Source of the DNA: a virus
Virus record (IMG/VR): IMGVR_UViG_3300046673_000306
Coordinates: 42,546-106,545 of that record
DNA length: 64,000 nt
Direction: 5' to 3' (one strand)
The notes beneath the pieces were generated by a model. That model ran no database searches. It was not told where the DNA came from and saw only the letters and a program-made list of their open reading frames with translations. A program made the position numbers and the translations under genes. Shown here one piece after another: positions 54,930 through 63,978 of this stretch; position 1 is the first letter of the stretch, and each line of letters begins with the position of its first letter.

Positions 54930-56693
54930 TCATTGCAGACCGTGGCGCTTAACCCACTCCTCGTGGGGCACGAACTCGCCGGTGTCCTGGTCCAGGAGCC
55001 AGGGGCTGGTCTCTCCCTCCATGAAGGTCTTGAGCGGGACGAACTCGTTGCGCTTCGGGTCCCACTTCCACTCGATGTCCGTCCACTGGTTCTCCTGCTC
55101 GGGCAGGCCCAGGCCGGGGCGCTGGCCCTCCGGGACGTCTCCGAGGTCCACCGGCGCCTCGGTCAGGCCGGGGTCGATGTCGCCGGGGGCGACCGTGACC
55201 TTCTCCGAGAAGTCCAGCATCTCCTCGGTCCGGTTGATCCGGAAGAGGCGGCACTCGCAGTTGTGCACCGCGATCCTGTTGGCGATGTAACTCTGCGACC
55301 CCGCGACGGAGATATTGTGGACCATGCCAGAATACGGAACCCTGCCCACTGACCTAAGCATTGAGACCACGCTGTTGGCCGCGACCAGGACTCTGGAGTT
55401 GGTGTGCGGGGGCTTACCGACCCGGTCCCACGACCACCTGTTGAAGTGGATCAGATAGTGGGGGAACTTTTTAGTTGATCCGGCCAAGCGATCCTGAGGT
55501 CCGGTGGGGGTCATGGTCTCGTTCATTAACACCGGGACGTGCAGGCGATCCAGCATCACGTACAGTTGGTTCGCCAACTGCTTGGAGTGAGTGGTGATGT
55601 ATATCCTCTGGGTCCTCCCGAGATATTTGTCCGAGAAATTCCGGTTGGATATGTGCCCGTCTCCCCGAATGAAGGCGTTGAGAAAAATTCTCTGTTTATC
55701 GATGGGCCACCTCATGGCCTCGGGTGCCATCTTCTTTTCACGCGCGCCGAGCCCGCCCAGTCCCATGAATATCTTGGTCCATTTTTTAGATGACCAGTAG
55801 ACCACCGTGGCGTGCCCGTTCTTCCTGATCGAGAGATGGCTATCTTGCTCCAGGCGGGAACACAGAGCCCCTATCCTATTCGCGAAATCCATCTCATGCT
55901 GGCCTATGGTGAAGATCAGGGCTATCCTCTCTCCGGTGCCCCTGTTGAGCCTCGTGCAACCCTCGGCCATCCAGTACCCAAATAGTTCCACCTGCTCGTC
56001 CGTTAGATCGCACCCAGAATTTCCTGACACCGTTGGGAAATAGACCTTGTCGGATACACCCCTTTTTCTCCGAACGCCTGCTTCGAGGTCATCGGCTGGG
56101 ACAAAATCCCAATCCGAGAACACAGTCCCGCCGGAATTAGCGTACTTCAAGTGGCCCTTCTGAGCGTAGACGCGATGGTTCGGTGTCAGCAATAGTTCCT
56201 TTCCGTCCCACGACAATAGGCTGACCAGGTCGCCCACGTATTTCCTCTTCGTCGTCCCCGTCACGAGGTGGGCCTCTCCGTCATGCCCAAGGACCGCGTC
56301 CCCTTTCCTGATGCTCTCTATCAAGCGAACAGAACCATCCGACATCATGATCTCCGTCCCCGGGGGCAAACAGTTGACGTGGCTCATCGTGTACTTCGGC
56401 GCGTTGTGCGTCATGTTCTGGAGCAGCCAGTCGATCTTGAAGCGCTGGCCGTCCAGGGCGAAGCACACGGGACAGACGCTACCCATCTCCTGCCAGAGCT
56501 TCTCATTCTGCCAGGGCTCGAAGCCGTAGCGCCACTCCACCTCGCGGAAACCGGCCTTGAGGAAGTCCTGGAGCACGAACGCGCTCATGTCGTCGCGGGC
56601 GGTCGCCAGCTTCCGGACCAGCACGGACTCGGGGAGCGCGAGCCGGATCGGCGCGCGCTCGACTGCCCTGTGCGGGTAGATGATCGGGTTCAC
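54930..56693 (-). CDS. head morphogenesis protein (Mu gpF/SPP1 gp7-like motif) with intein
   Basis: VCPVC.ALDG..F and SHVN|CECR (HPNCRC-like) exteins. Confidence 0.75.
   Translation of the reverse strand: MNPIIYPHRAVERAPIRLALPESVLVRKLATARDDMSAFVLQDFLKAGFREVEWRYGFEPWQNEKLWQEMGSVCPVCFALDGQRFKIDWLLQNMTHNAPKYTMSHVNCLPPGTEIMMSDGSVRLIESIRKGDAVLGHDGEAHLVTGTTKRKYVGDLVSLLSWDGKELLLTPNHRVYAQKGHLKYANSGGTVFSDWDFVPADDLEAGVRRKRGVSDKVYFPTVSGNSGCDLTDEQVELFGYWMAEGCTRLNRGTGERIALIFTIGQHEMDFANRIGALCSRLEQDSHLSIRKNGHATVVYWSSKKWTKIFMGLGGLGAREKKMAPEAMRWPIDKQRIFLNAFIRGDGHISNRNFSDKYLGRTQRIYITTHSKQLANQLYVMLDRLHVPVLMNETMTPTGPQDRLAGSTKKFPHYLIHFNRWSWDRVGKPPHTNSRVLVAANSVVSMLRSVGRVPYSGMVHNISVAGSQSYIANRIAVHNCECRLFRINRTEEMLDFSEKVTVAPGDIDPGLTEAPVDLGDVPEGQRPGLGLPEQENQWTDIEWKWDPKRNEFVPLKTFMEGETSPWLLDQDTGEFVPHEEWVKRHGLQ
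55260..56372 (-). mobile_element. intein with LAGLIDADG endonuclease (371 aa)
   Basis: CLPPGTEI.MSDG; LTPNHRV; GYWMAEG; FIRGDG; VHNISV..SYIAN.IAVHN|C. Confidence 0.9.
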
Positions 56694-57130
56694 TTGGCTG
56701 GGGGTTCCTGCTGCGGGGGCTGCTCCTGCCCGCCCTTGACCCCGGAGAGGTAGTCCATCAGGGCCTTGCCGTCCAGAATCTTCTCCACGTCCCAGGCCGC
56801 CGGGTCCTGGAGCACGCGGTTGATCAGGTCCTCGAACCAGGTCCGCATCCTGCGGTCAACCTCTGCGGCGTCGACCTGGGACCCGCGCTGGCTCAGGTAG
56901 TTGACCAGGGCCTGATACCGCTGTCCTGCGGCGTGGTCCGCCGGGGCCTTGGCGGTCTTGGCCTTGGCCATGCGGCCCAAGGACGCCATCTGGAGCTTGC
57001 GGTAGTCGAGGTCGGGGAGGTGGGTCTTCTCCGACATGAGGCCGGGGCGCAGGGCCACGTCCTCTGGGGAGCCGGTGCGCACGTCCTTGCGGTCTCCCGC
57101 GCCACGGTAGTTCTTGGGGTCGAAGCTCAT
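56690..57130 (-). CDS. hypothetical head-region protein
   Basis: 146 aa; ATGA/GTGA overlaps. Confidence 0.7.
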   Translation of the reverse strand: MSFDPKNYRGAGDRKDVRTGSPEDVALRPGLMSEKTHLPDLDYRKLQMASLGRMAKAKTAKAPADHAAGQRYQALVNYLSQRGSQVDAAEVDRRMRTWFEDLINRVLQDPAAWDVEKILDGKALMDYLSGVKGGQEQPPQQEPPAK

Positions 57131-60060
57131 GCCGCCTCCGGGAGTCCCTGACCGGCGCCCGCGCCAGGTATGGTCTCCGCCGCAGGCATGGGCGTGCCCG
57201 GGGTCGGGACCGTGGCCGCAGTCTCGCCCTCGCCGGGGACCGGTCCCTCACCGCCGCCGCTGTCCCCGCCGCCGCCGCCACCCATGGGCGGAGGGGCCCC
57301 GGCGCCGCCCGCCCCGGGCTTGCCTCCGGGCTTCATCCCCTGCATCGCGGCCTTCTTCTCCTCGGCCCTCTCCCGCTCGATCTGGCGCTTCTCCTTGCGG
57401 TAGTCCAGGCCCAAGTACGTGTAGAAGGTTTGCTTCGAGATCAGGCCGGTTTTGGCCATCTCCTTCATCAGGCCCTTCATCTGGACGTCGTCCTTGAGCT
57501 TCATGAACTCGAACTCGATGTCGGGGACGATGTACTCGTCCTCCCCGAGTTCGTTGCGGCGCCGGAAGTCCTGGGCGATGGCCACGGGCCGGAAGATCGT
57601 GTCCTTGATCCAGCGCGCCAGCATCTCCTGGCAGCGCATGTAGCGGTTGATCAGGACCTGGAGGCCGATCGACCCGGCGGCAAAGTTCGGGCCGGTGCCG
57701 CCGATCATGGCCTCGGAGCCCATGAGCGCGGCCATGATCTCCTCCCTGATCCACTTCGACTCCTGGTCGAAGGGGTGAATCTTCCCGGCGCTGGACACGT
57801 ACTCGACCGAGATCGCGTGGTGGTAGACGAACCAGGCGCTCAGGTCCTGGCTCAGCTCGTCGAAGGCCTCGCGCACCTGCGTCACGGCCTGCGGGTTCGC
57901 GGGCATGGTGTCAGTGCCGACCTTCACGAGCTTGATCGGGGTGATGTGGCGCTCGTACACCGCCTGCTGGACCCGGCGCACCAGGTCCTTGAAGATCAGG
58001 GGCTTGAAGGCCCGGAACATGATCGGGGTCCCCACGCTCTCGTACGGGCTCATCTTGTAGGCGAGGTGGCTGACCCGGAACTTGTTCAGGGGTATCTTCT
58101 CGCCGCGCGCGACGAGGTTGACCAGCTGCCCGTTCTCGATCTTGGCCAGGGCCTCGTAGAGTTCCTTGGGCTGGCGGCTGGCGACGATCCGCTTGAGGTT
58201 GTCGTCGGGGTCGAGCTTGAGGATCGGCTCACCGACCAGGGATGACTTCTCGACCTCGACGAAGTCGGGGTTGAGGAGGTTGAAGCCTGTCCAGATGCCA
58301 CGGTCGTCGTCCCACTCCCCGAAGGGGAAGACGTTGCCCAGCTTCCACCACTCGTGGCTGACGTCGCCGATAAGGTTGAGGCCCTTGATCACGTCGAAGA
58401 ACAGAATCTCGAAGAAGAGTTTCACCTTCTCGTCGTCGCAGACCAGGTGGGCTCCGGTCATCGGGAGGTCCGAATTGTGGACCACGATCGGGGCGCAGAA
58501 CGATCCGTCTTCGGTAGTTATGTCGTAGACGGTTCCGGAGAACTTTTTCTTCCGGACATCCCTGACCTTGACCAGGAATCCTCCGGGGGCCTCATGATAC
58601 GTCTTCCTAGGGGATCGAGCAGACTCATGCGCGATTCCGTAGACCTTGGGGAGCACCTCGGTCTTGGATGCGCGCATGTAATAGATAGGCTTTCTCTTCT
58701 GCCCGTCTTTCCTGGAGGTGATGGTCTTAATGGAGAACAGAAAACCCAGCCGCGCGGCCAGGACCTCCATTTGGTAGGCGAGAGTCCGCGACACCGTGTT
58801 GGACTTAACGCAGAATTCATCGGCCATGCAGCCGTCCCCATTGAGGTATCCGATCAAAAATTTCCTCATCCAGGACGATTCCCCATCCATGATCCACTGA
58901 GGCACTCGCTTGTTCTGTGCCCCGAGTCCAAATTCCGAGCAGAACCACTTGGACAGGAGACGCGAACAGACATAGACCTTCGCGCCGTGGGTCTCCTTGG
59001 TGATCATGACCTTCGGCTCCATCTTAAAAACCTTTCGGATCAATTCCGAGACCCTGGCGATATTATTGGGCTCGTGGGTACCTAGGCAGAAATAAATCGC
59101 GCCACCGTCGGAGTAGCCCTCGGCGGCCCACCACCCTCCCAACTCGCAGAGATCGTCATCGGCGATCACCTTACGAGGTATCCTGGACCCTGATTTTATA
59201 GACAAGATCGTGTCGCCCTGGACCTCCATCAGGCTCACCTTGTGAGACCTATCGGTTTGAGGGAAACCTACCCCTGTCTGATTGCGTATGGTCATGTCAT
59301 ATTTGACCGAGCGCTCCCGAATAAACTTGGAGAGGTCGAACTCCACCGCCTTATTGGTAGGAATTCGCTTGGGGAAGAACAGATAGTCTCCGGGCCTGAC
59401 ATCCTCGGCCCTAACCCAGGATGGTCCCCCGTCCGGCATCCATCTCCCGCAGTCGTTCCTGATCTTGCCGCACTTGTCCAAACGCGGCATGTGGTCCATA
59501 TAGCGACCGTGCACGACCCATAGCCCTTCGTTGTGGGTGACCTTCAACTCAGGTAGACAGAATGGCTTCACGGTGTAGAGAGTCCCGTCGTAGTGGTGGG
59601 ACTCCGCGTGCTTGACAACCTTGGCCCTGCCGTCCAAACCAGGTACCGAATCGCCCTCTTTCACGTCCTCAATGTTCACGACGTCGTTCATCGTATACAC
59701 TGCGGAACCGGCGGCGAAGCAGTGCATATCTATCACGGTCCCGACATAGCCATCCGTTTTATAAAAATGTCTCGCCCACTGGTCAATTTCCCGTGTCTTC
59801 GTCGGAAGCTGTAGGTTCAGCGCCTCGAACAGAGGGTGGTAGAACGACGGCGCCTGCCGGTGTAGGCCCGGCCTCATGTTCCCGAACTGCGACGCCATCT
59901 TCTTCATGCGCGCGCGGGGAATGTCCACGAGGGCGCTGCCGGTCAGCCCCGGGCTCACCGCGTTCTTGATCATCTTGAACTCGGCGTCCAAGTTGGACGT
60001 GACGAGACCCGACCCTTCAGGGGCGGGCACGCTCGCGGTCTTGTCGTTGGCGTCAGCCAT
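57127..60060 (-). CDS. portal protein (with intein)
   Basis: W.RHFY..V..VID.H|SDLP; EWWKLGNVFPF; LLNPDFVEV; V.HL..K.SPY..GTP; Gly/Pro C-tail; synteny. Confidence 0.8.
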   Translation of the reverse strand: MADANDKTASVPAPEGSGLVTSNLDAEFKMIKNAVSPGLTGSALVDIPRARMKKMASQFGNMRPGLHRQAPSFYHPLFEALNLQLPTKTREIDQWARHFYKTDGYVGTVIDMHCFAAGSAVYTMNDVVNIEDVKEGDSVPGLDGRAKVVKHAESHHYDGTLYTVKPFCLPELKVTHNEGLWVVHGRYMDHMPRLDKCGKIRNDCGRWMPDGGPSWVRAEDVRPGDYLFFPKRIPTNKAVEFDLSKFIRERSVKYDMTIRNQTGVGFPQTDRSHKVSLMEVQGDTILSIKSGSRIPRKVIADDDLCELGGWWAAEGYSDGGAIYFCLGTHEPNNIARVSELIRKVFKMEPKVMITKETHGAKVYVCSRLLSKWFCSEFGLGAQNKRVPQWIMDGESSWMRKFLIGYLNGDGCMADEFCVKSNTVSRTLAYQMEVLAARLGFLFSIKTITSRKDGQKRKPIYYMRASKTEVLPKVYGIAHESARSPRKTYHEAPGGFLVKVRDVRKKKFSGTVYDITTEDGSFCAPIVVHNSDLPMTGAHLVCDDEKVKLFFEILFFDVIKGLNLIGDVSHEWWKLGNVFPFGEWDDDRGIWTGFNLLNPDFVEVEKSSLVGEPILKLDPDDNLKRIVASRQPKELYEALAKIENGQLVNLVARGEKIPLNKFRVSHLAYKMSPYESVGTPIMFRAFKPLIFKDLVRRVQQAVYERHITPIKLVKVGTDTMPANPQAVTQVREAFDELSQDLSAWFVYHHAISVEYVSSAGKIHPFDQESKWIREEIMAALMGSEAMIGGTGPNFAAGSIGLQVLINRYMRCQEMLARWIKDTIFRPVAIAQDFRRRNELGEDEYIVPDIEFEFMKLKDDVQMKGLMKEMAKTGLISKQTFYTYLGLDYRKEKRQIERERAEEKKAAMQGMKPGGKPGAGGAGAPPPMGGGGGGDSGGGEGPVPGEGETAATVPTPGTPMPAAETIPGAGAGQGLPEAA
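58474..59721 (-). mobile_element. intein with LAGLIDADG endonuclease (416 aa)
   Basis: CFAAGSAV; GWWAAEG; FLIGYLNGDG; VYDITTEDGSF..VVHN|S. Confidence 0.9.
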
Positions 60061-60069
60061 AGAGATATT

Positions 60070-60504
60070 TTACCTCGCCTGCATGTCGTAAAAACTCTGC
60101 TGTATCGCGTCTCCGGGGTTCCCCGTCGTGGTCTGCCCCTCTTCCTGGGGGTCCCCCTCCTTCACCGCGTTAGGCATCGTCTCCTCTACCAGCGTTCGAC
60201 GTCTCTTCCGGTTCGCGAGCATGATCGAGGATGGGGACCCGGTGTCAGGCTGATTCTCCGTCCCGTACCCCTTCTCGACGTTGCGGTAGCCCGCCGGGCC
60301 CTCGAAGAACTCGGGCTCTTGACCTTCGAGGCCCTGCGGAGGGCGGAAGCGCACGCGCTGGCGCGGGCGGATAGGTCCACGAAGGCCCGGACCATCCTTC
60401 TGGTTCTTCTGATCGAGCGGTTGATCGACTTCAACAAGGTTGAGATTCTCCGGACCCTGGCCGCCAATTCCGGAGTCCGGGCCCCGGACATCGGCGACGT
60501 GGTC
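60070..60504 (-). CDS. C-terminal extension (144 aa) of the 62650-60503 protein, reached by +1 frameshift
   Basis: Open frame starting GAC at 60504 (DHVADVRGPDSG...) to the TAA just before the portal ATG; contains ORF 60070..60354; no ATG at its 5' end. Confidence 0.7.
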   Translation of the reverse strand, partial: DHVADVRGPDSGIGGQGPENLNLVEVDQPLDQKNQKDGPGLRGPIRPRQRVRFRPPQGLEGQEPEFFEGPAGYRNVEKGYGTENQPDTGSPSSIMLANRKRRRTLVEETMPNAVKEGDPQEEGQTTTGNPGDAIQQSFYDMQAR

Positions 60505-60517
60505 AAAGCGACCCCCT
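60502..60517 (-). promoter_or_regulatory. prfB/RF2-type +1 programmed frameshift signal
   Basis: AGG GGG TCG CTT TGA C versus E. coli prfB AGG GGG TAT CTT TGA C. Confidence 0.8.
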
Positions 60518-62650
60518 GGAAGTGAGGGTTCCGACCACGCCAGCGCTCGCCTGGGGCATCCCGTTGACGCTGGTGACCGCGACGTCCGCCCCTCCGGGGG
60601 GCACGTCCATGGTCGCCACCTGCTTCCCCGGCCCGGGGCCGACGATGCGCTTGACGCGCTCCTCCGGGGTCTCGGGAGTGCAAGGGGTGTCCAGGGCGTG
60701 CTCCTGGCCGCACTTATGGCAGACCGAGAACGCCTCGCCAGCCCCCAGCTCGGGGCTGTCCGACGGCCACATCGCGTCTGCCAGGCAGAGGCTGCCGCTG
60801 AGACTGGCCTCGGTCTTCGCCGGGATATTCGCGTGCTGCTTGTCCTGCTCCTCCTGCTGCGTCTTCTTCCGCTCTTCCCGGTCCTCGCGCCGCTTCTGCT
60901 TGCGCTCCTTGTCCTTGTCCACGCGCTCGTGTAGGGCCTCGATCGCGTCGTGGAGCTGCTTGATCTTGACCGGGTCCTTCTCCGAGTCGAGCTGGTGCCG
61001 AAGTTCCTTGATCTTCGCGCGCTCGCCCTTGGCCTCCTGGGACAGTCCGTCCACGGGGTAGGCGATGATGAGGTTTCCGTCCTTCGAGGGTCTCGCCATC
61101 GTGATCCCGGTCAGGCTCTCGATCTCGGAGGTGACAGCGCGCGCCATCGTCCCCATCTGGCTGGCGATCAGGGGGTGGCGGAAGGCTTCGATGAAGGAGT
61201 GGCCCAAGGCCATAGCCGACACTTGGTATGGCACAAATTTATCGCACGGACAAGTGCCATATTTCAGACTCGGGTCCTGATATGCGCATGATCCCTCAGG
61301 CCCTGCTATATATGGAACTCTGTCTCTGCGAGCCTTCTCGGTATGCCACCCCAGATCATGACCACATTCTCTGCACAGGTTCTTGTCTCCGAACTCCGCC
61401 ACGATCTCGCGCGCGATCGACTGCGCCCGATCCGGCTGTGCCTGGCGCAGGGTCAGCGTGTCTCTGACCGAGAGCCGGACGTGCTCGGACTCGCCCTCGT
61501 ACTGGGGCGCCCAGATCACCATCTGCTGGGCCTTGGGCCACCAGTGGTTGGCGATGCCGCCGAGCTTGGCGTGCTCGCAGCCCCTGCACTTGTCGCGGTA
61601 GGTCTCGTGCGTGACGTCGGACTCGAACCAGACGCAGTCCCGGCACTTGTTGATGTCCTTGTAGATCGAGTTGCCGGGCTCGGAGTCGCCGGGGTCGCCG
61701 GAGGCGGCGGTCTTCACCGTCCCGTCCAGACCGGCCTCGGCGCCCTTCGCCGCCGCCTGCTCCTCCGACTCCTCGCGCATGGCCTCCGGGGTGTCCGGAC
61801 CCGGAAGCTCCGTGGTCGGGGGCATCCCGTCCCCGGGCATCCCCGGGGTCATCATCGTGTTGACGTTGAGGTCGGCGATGATCTCGTTGAGCATGGACTC
61901 GATCAGGAGCATCTTCGTGTGGACGCAGCGCATGTCGTCGTAGGCCTCGTCCATGGCCTTGCGGACCATGGCCGGGATGTGCCCCGCGATCGCCGACGCC
62001 GGGCTCGGGGTCTCCTCCGAGGGCGGCATCTCCGGGAGGCCGCCGTCCATGAGTTCGATCTCGGGCATGGCCGGGGACGAGGCGGGCTCGACCGCCCCCT
62101 TCTTCCCGAGGTAGTTGGCGGCGTCGTTGATCAGGAGGAAGGCGTTGGAGATGGCCTCGGCCTGGGCCACGGACATGTCCGAGGCCTTATCCCTCAGCTG
62201 CGTCACGGCACCGATCACGGCGTCGGCCTTGGCCGTGATCTCGCCGCAGAGGTCCGCGACCTTCTGGTCGCCTCCGCAGGCGCCGACCGAGCCCTTGACG
62301 CCCTCGGCCTGGTCCGCGATCCGGCTGAGGAAGTCCACGGCCTTGACGCGCTCGGCCTGGCTCAGCTGGGCCTCGGCGCGGCGGTGCATGTCGATGATGC
62401 GGTCGAACACGGACTCGGCCAGGTGCTGCGGCGCCGAGACCTTGGTCAGTCCCGCGACCTTGACCATGCCCTGCCGGATCGGGGCCTTGCCCTGAGTCTG
62501 GATGCCGTCGGAGAGGCGCTGGACCCGGAGGTCATCGGCGGAGGCCTGCTTGAGATTCGGAGCCCGGAGCCCCAGCTTGTTGGCGAGGGTATGCCAGAAG
62601 CTGCTGGCCTTGTCGTCGCGGCCTTCGGGGTTTTGGTAGGGGGTGATCAT
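60503..62650 (-). CDS. large head-region protein with Cys clusters and coiled coil
   Basis: 715 aa from ATG 62650; CRDC..CRGC, CRECGH..H..CPC, CHKC motifs; directly upstream of portal. Confidence 0.75.
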   Translation of the reverse strand: MITPYQNPEGRDDKASSFWHTLANKLGLRAPNLKQASADDLRVQRLSDGIQTQGKAPIRQGMVKVAGLTKVSAPQHLAESVFDRIIDMHRRAEAQLSQAERVKAVDFLSRIADQAEGVKGSVGACGGDQKVADLCGEITAKADAVIGAVTQLRDKASDMSVAQAEAISNAFLLINDAANYLGKKGAVEPASSPAMPEIELMDGGLPEMPPSEETPSPASAIAGHIPAMVRKAMDEAYDDMRCVHTKMLLIESMLNEIIADLNVNTMMTPGMPGDGMPPTTELPGPDTPEAMREESEEQAAAKGAEAGLDGTVKTAASGDPGDSEPGNSIYKDINKCRDCVWFESDVTHETYRDKCRGCEHAKLGGIANHWWPKAQQMVIWAPQYEGESEHVRLSVRDTLTLRQAQPDRAQSIAREIVAEFGDKNLCRECGHDLGWHTEKARRDRVPYIAGPEGSCAYQDPSLKYGTCPCDKFVPYQVSAMALGHSFIEAFRHPLIASQMGTMARAVTSEIESLTGITMARPSKDGNLIIAYPVDGLSQEAKGERAKIKELRHQLDSEKDPVKIKQLHDAIEALHERVDKDKERKQKRREDREERKKTQQEEQDKQHANIPAKTEASLSGSLCLADAMWPSDSPELGAGEAFSVCHKCGQEHALDTPCTPETPEERVKRIVGPGPGKQVATMDVPPGGADVAVTSVNGMPQASAGVVGTLTSRGSL

Positions 62651-62664
62651 CTTGGTTCTCCTCT

Positions 62665-63978
62665 CTATGGAACGTATATCGGGTCGCCCTGGTCTCCGCC
62701 GCACATCATCTGGCTGTCCTTGGGCACGTTTCCGCCGACGTAGCTCACGTCCGTCTTCGAGACGTCGACCTGGTCCTTGTTATAGTCGTCGATAGTGAGC
62801 CAGTCCTTCCTCGGGTGCGGCGACTTCCGGGTCTGGCCGAGGGGGGGCACCGACTGCCCCGGGAAGTGCTGGGGCTCCGAGGTCGGGACGGCGGCCAGAG
62901 CCATGAACTTGACCCCGGCAGTGACCGTGGGCTCGGGACCGCCGCGCACGGTGCGGACGGCGTTCTCCAGGGCGTCGAAGCCCATGGTGAAGAAGCGGTG
63001 GATGGAGGCGACGCTGTCCAGGCCGTGGGCGTGGACCAGGCGTATGAAGGTGTCGTACACGGACTCGTCGTTAACCGGGAGACCGATCTTGCCCAGGACC
63101 GCGCGGAGGACGCGGGCGACGCCGAGGTCCCAGAACGCGCGGTCGACCACGCCCTCGACCCCGCTGGCTCCGGCGCTGACACTGGCCCGGTACTTCAGCT
63201 TCTGGAACAGGGGCGCCGCCTCCTCTTGCTCTTCGTGGATGGCCTCGTACTCGTCCAGCACTTCCTGACCGAAGACGACGATCTTGTCCTTGCCCGTGTT
63301 CTTGCCCACGACCAGGGCGAAGTGGGCCTCGATGGGCCGCTTGCCGATTCCGACCGTAGCGCTGTGCCCCGTCTTGTCCCTATATATTCTACGGATTCCC
63401 TCGATCGTGTCAATGTCCAGGGGCAGGGTGAAGAGCATGTTGTCGCCGCCATCGAAGATCAGGCGACCGCCGTGCTCCTTGACCACGTCCCCGATCTCGT
63501 CGTGGGCGTCGTGGATCGAGCGCGAGATCGCGGATGCGGCCTCGGGGTCGTCGGTGAGCAGCGTCTCCTCGACCAGGCTCCCGATGTTGTCGCCGTCGAT
63601 GCCGACGAAGACCTGGGGCTCGGAGTCGTCGGAGAGTTCGGGCCCGGAATCGTCGTCGTCCGCCGCCGCGTCCTTGTCCATGCCCGGAGCCTGGCCGTAG
63701 TTCTTGTCATACCACTCCCGGGTGTGGATGGGACTGCGCTCGCTCACGCCGGTGGTGCGCTGGAGGGACTTATCGACGATGTACTGCGAGACCAGGTTCT
63801 GCATGGTCTCAGTCAACGTCTCCTTCGTGTCTTGCTCGCTTACGTAGCCCGCGATCCTCTCCGTGAGCCAGTAGGTGGCGACCCCGATTTCGCGCTTGGT
63901 GAGGTTGAGGCCGCTGCGGACCAGGAGGCTCTGGACCTGGGTCTTCAGCTGGTTCCAGGAGACCTCGGTCTTGAACAT
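62665..63978 (-). CDS. protein containing a minimal CRISPR polymerase (mCpol; Cas10/GGDEF-like palm) domain; may extend beyond the window
   Basis: FVGIDGDNIG..S..I....GG.LIFDGGDNML..SATVGIG....AH.AL..GK..GKD at about 63612-63272; frame open to the window end. Confidence 0.75.
   Translation of the reverse strand: MFKTEVSWNQLKTQVQSLLVRSGLNLTKREIGVATYWLTERIAGYVSEQDTKETLTETMQNLVSQYIVDKSLQRTTGVSERSPIHTREWYDKNYGQAPGMDKDAAADDDDSGPELSDDSEPQVFVGIDGDNIGSLVEETLLTDDPEAASAISRSIHDAHDEIGDVVKEHGGRLIFDGGDNMLFTLPLDIDTIEGIRRIYRDKTGHSATVGIGKRPIEAHFALVVGKNTGKDKIVVFGQEVLDEYEAIHEEQEEAAPLFQKLKYRASVSAGASGVEGVVDRAFWDLGVARVLRAVLGKIGLPVNDESVYDTFIRLVHAHGLDSVASIHRFFTMGFDALENAVRTVRGGPEPTVTAGVKFMALAAVPTSEPQHFPGQSVPPLGQTRKSPHPRKDWLTIDDYNKDQVDVSKTDVSYVGGNVPKDSQMMCGGDQGDPIYVP

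Noticed and set aside
34532-55352. Long plus-strand ORFs (34532-36319, 38615-39961, 47915-49819, 50930-52300, 53418-55352)
   Set aside because: They are antisense shadows of high-GC3 minus-strand structural genes, with no motifs of their own.
60186-60713. 175-aa Arg-rich ORF as the gene filling the gap before portal
   Set aside because: It overlaps two better frames and has shadow-ORF composition; the +1 frame from the CTT-TGA site explains the gap.
62665-63978. Type III CRISPR-Cas locus or diguanylate cyclase suggested by the GGD motif
   Set aside because: No cas genes, HD domain or repeat-spacer array is visible; the motif is GGDN with DGDxIG in a minimal domain, fitting mCpol better than Cas10 or GGDEF.
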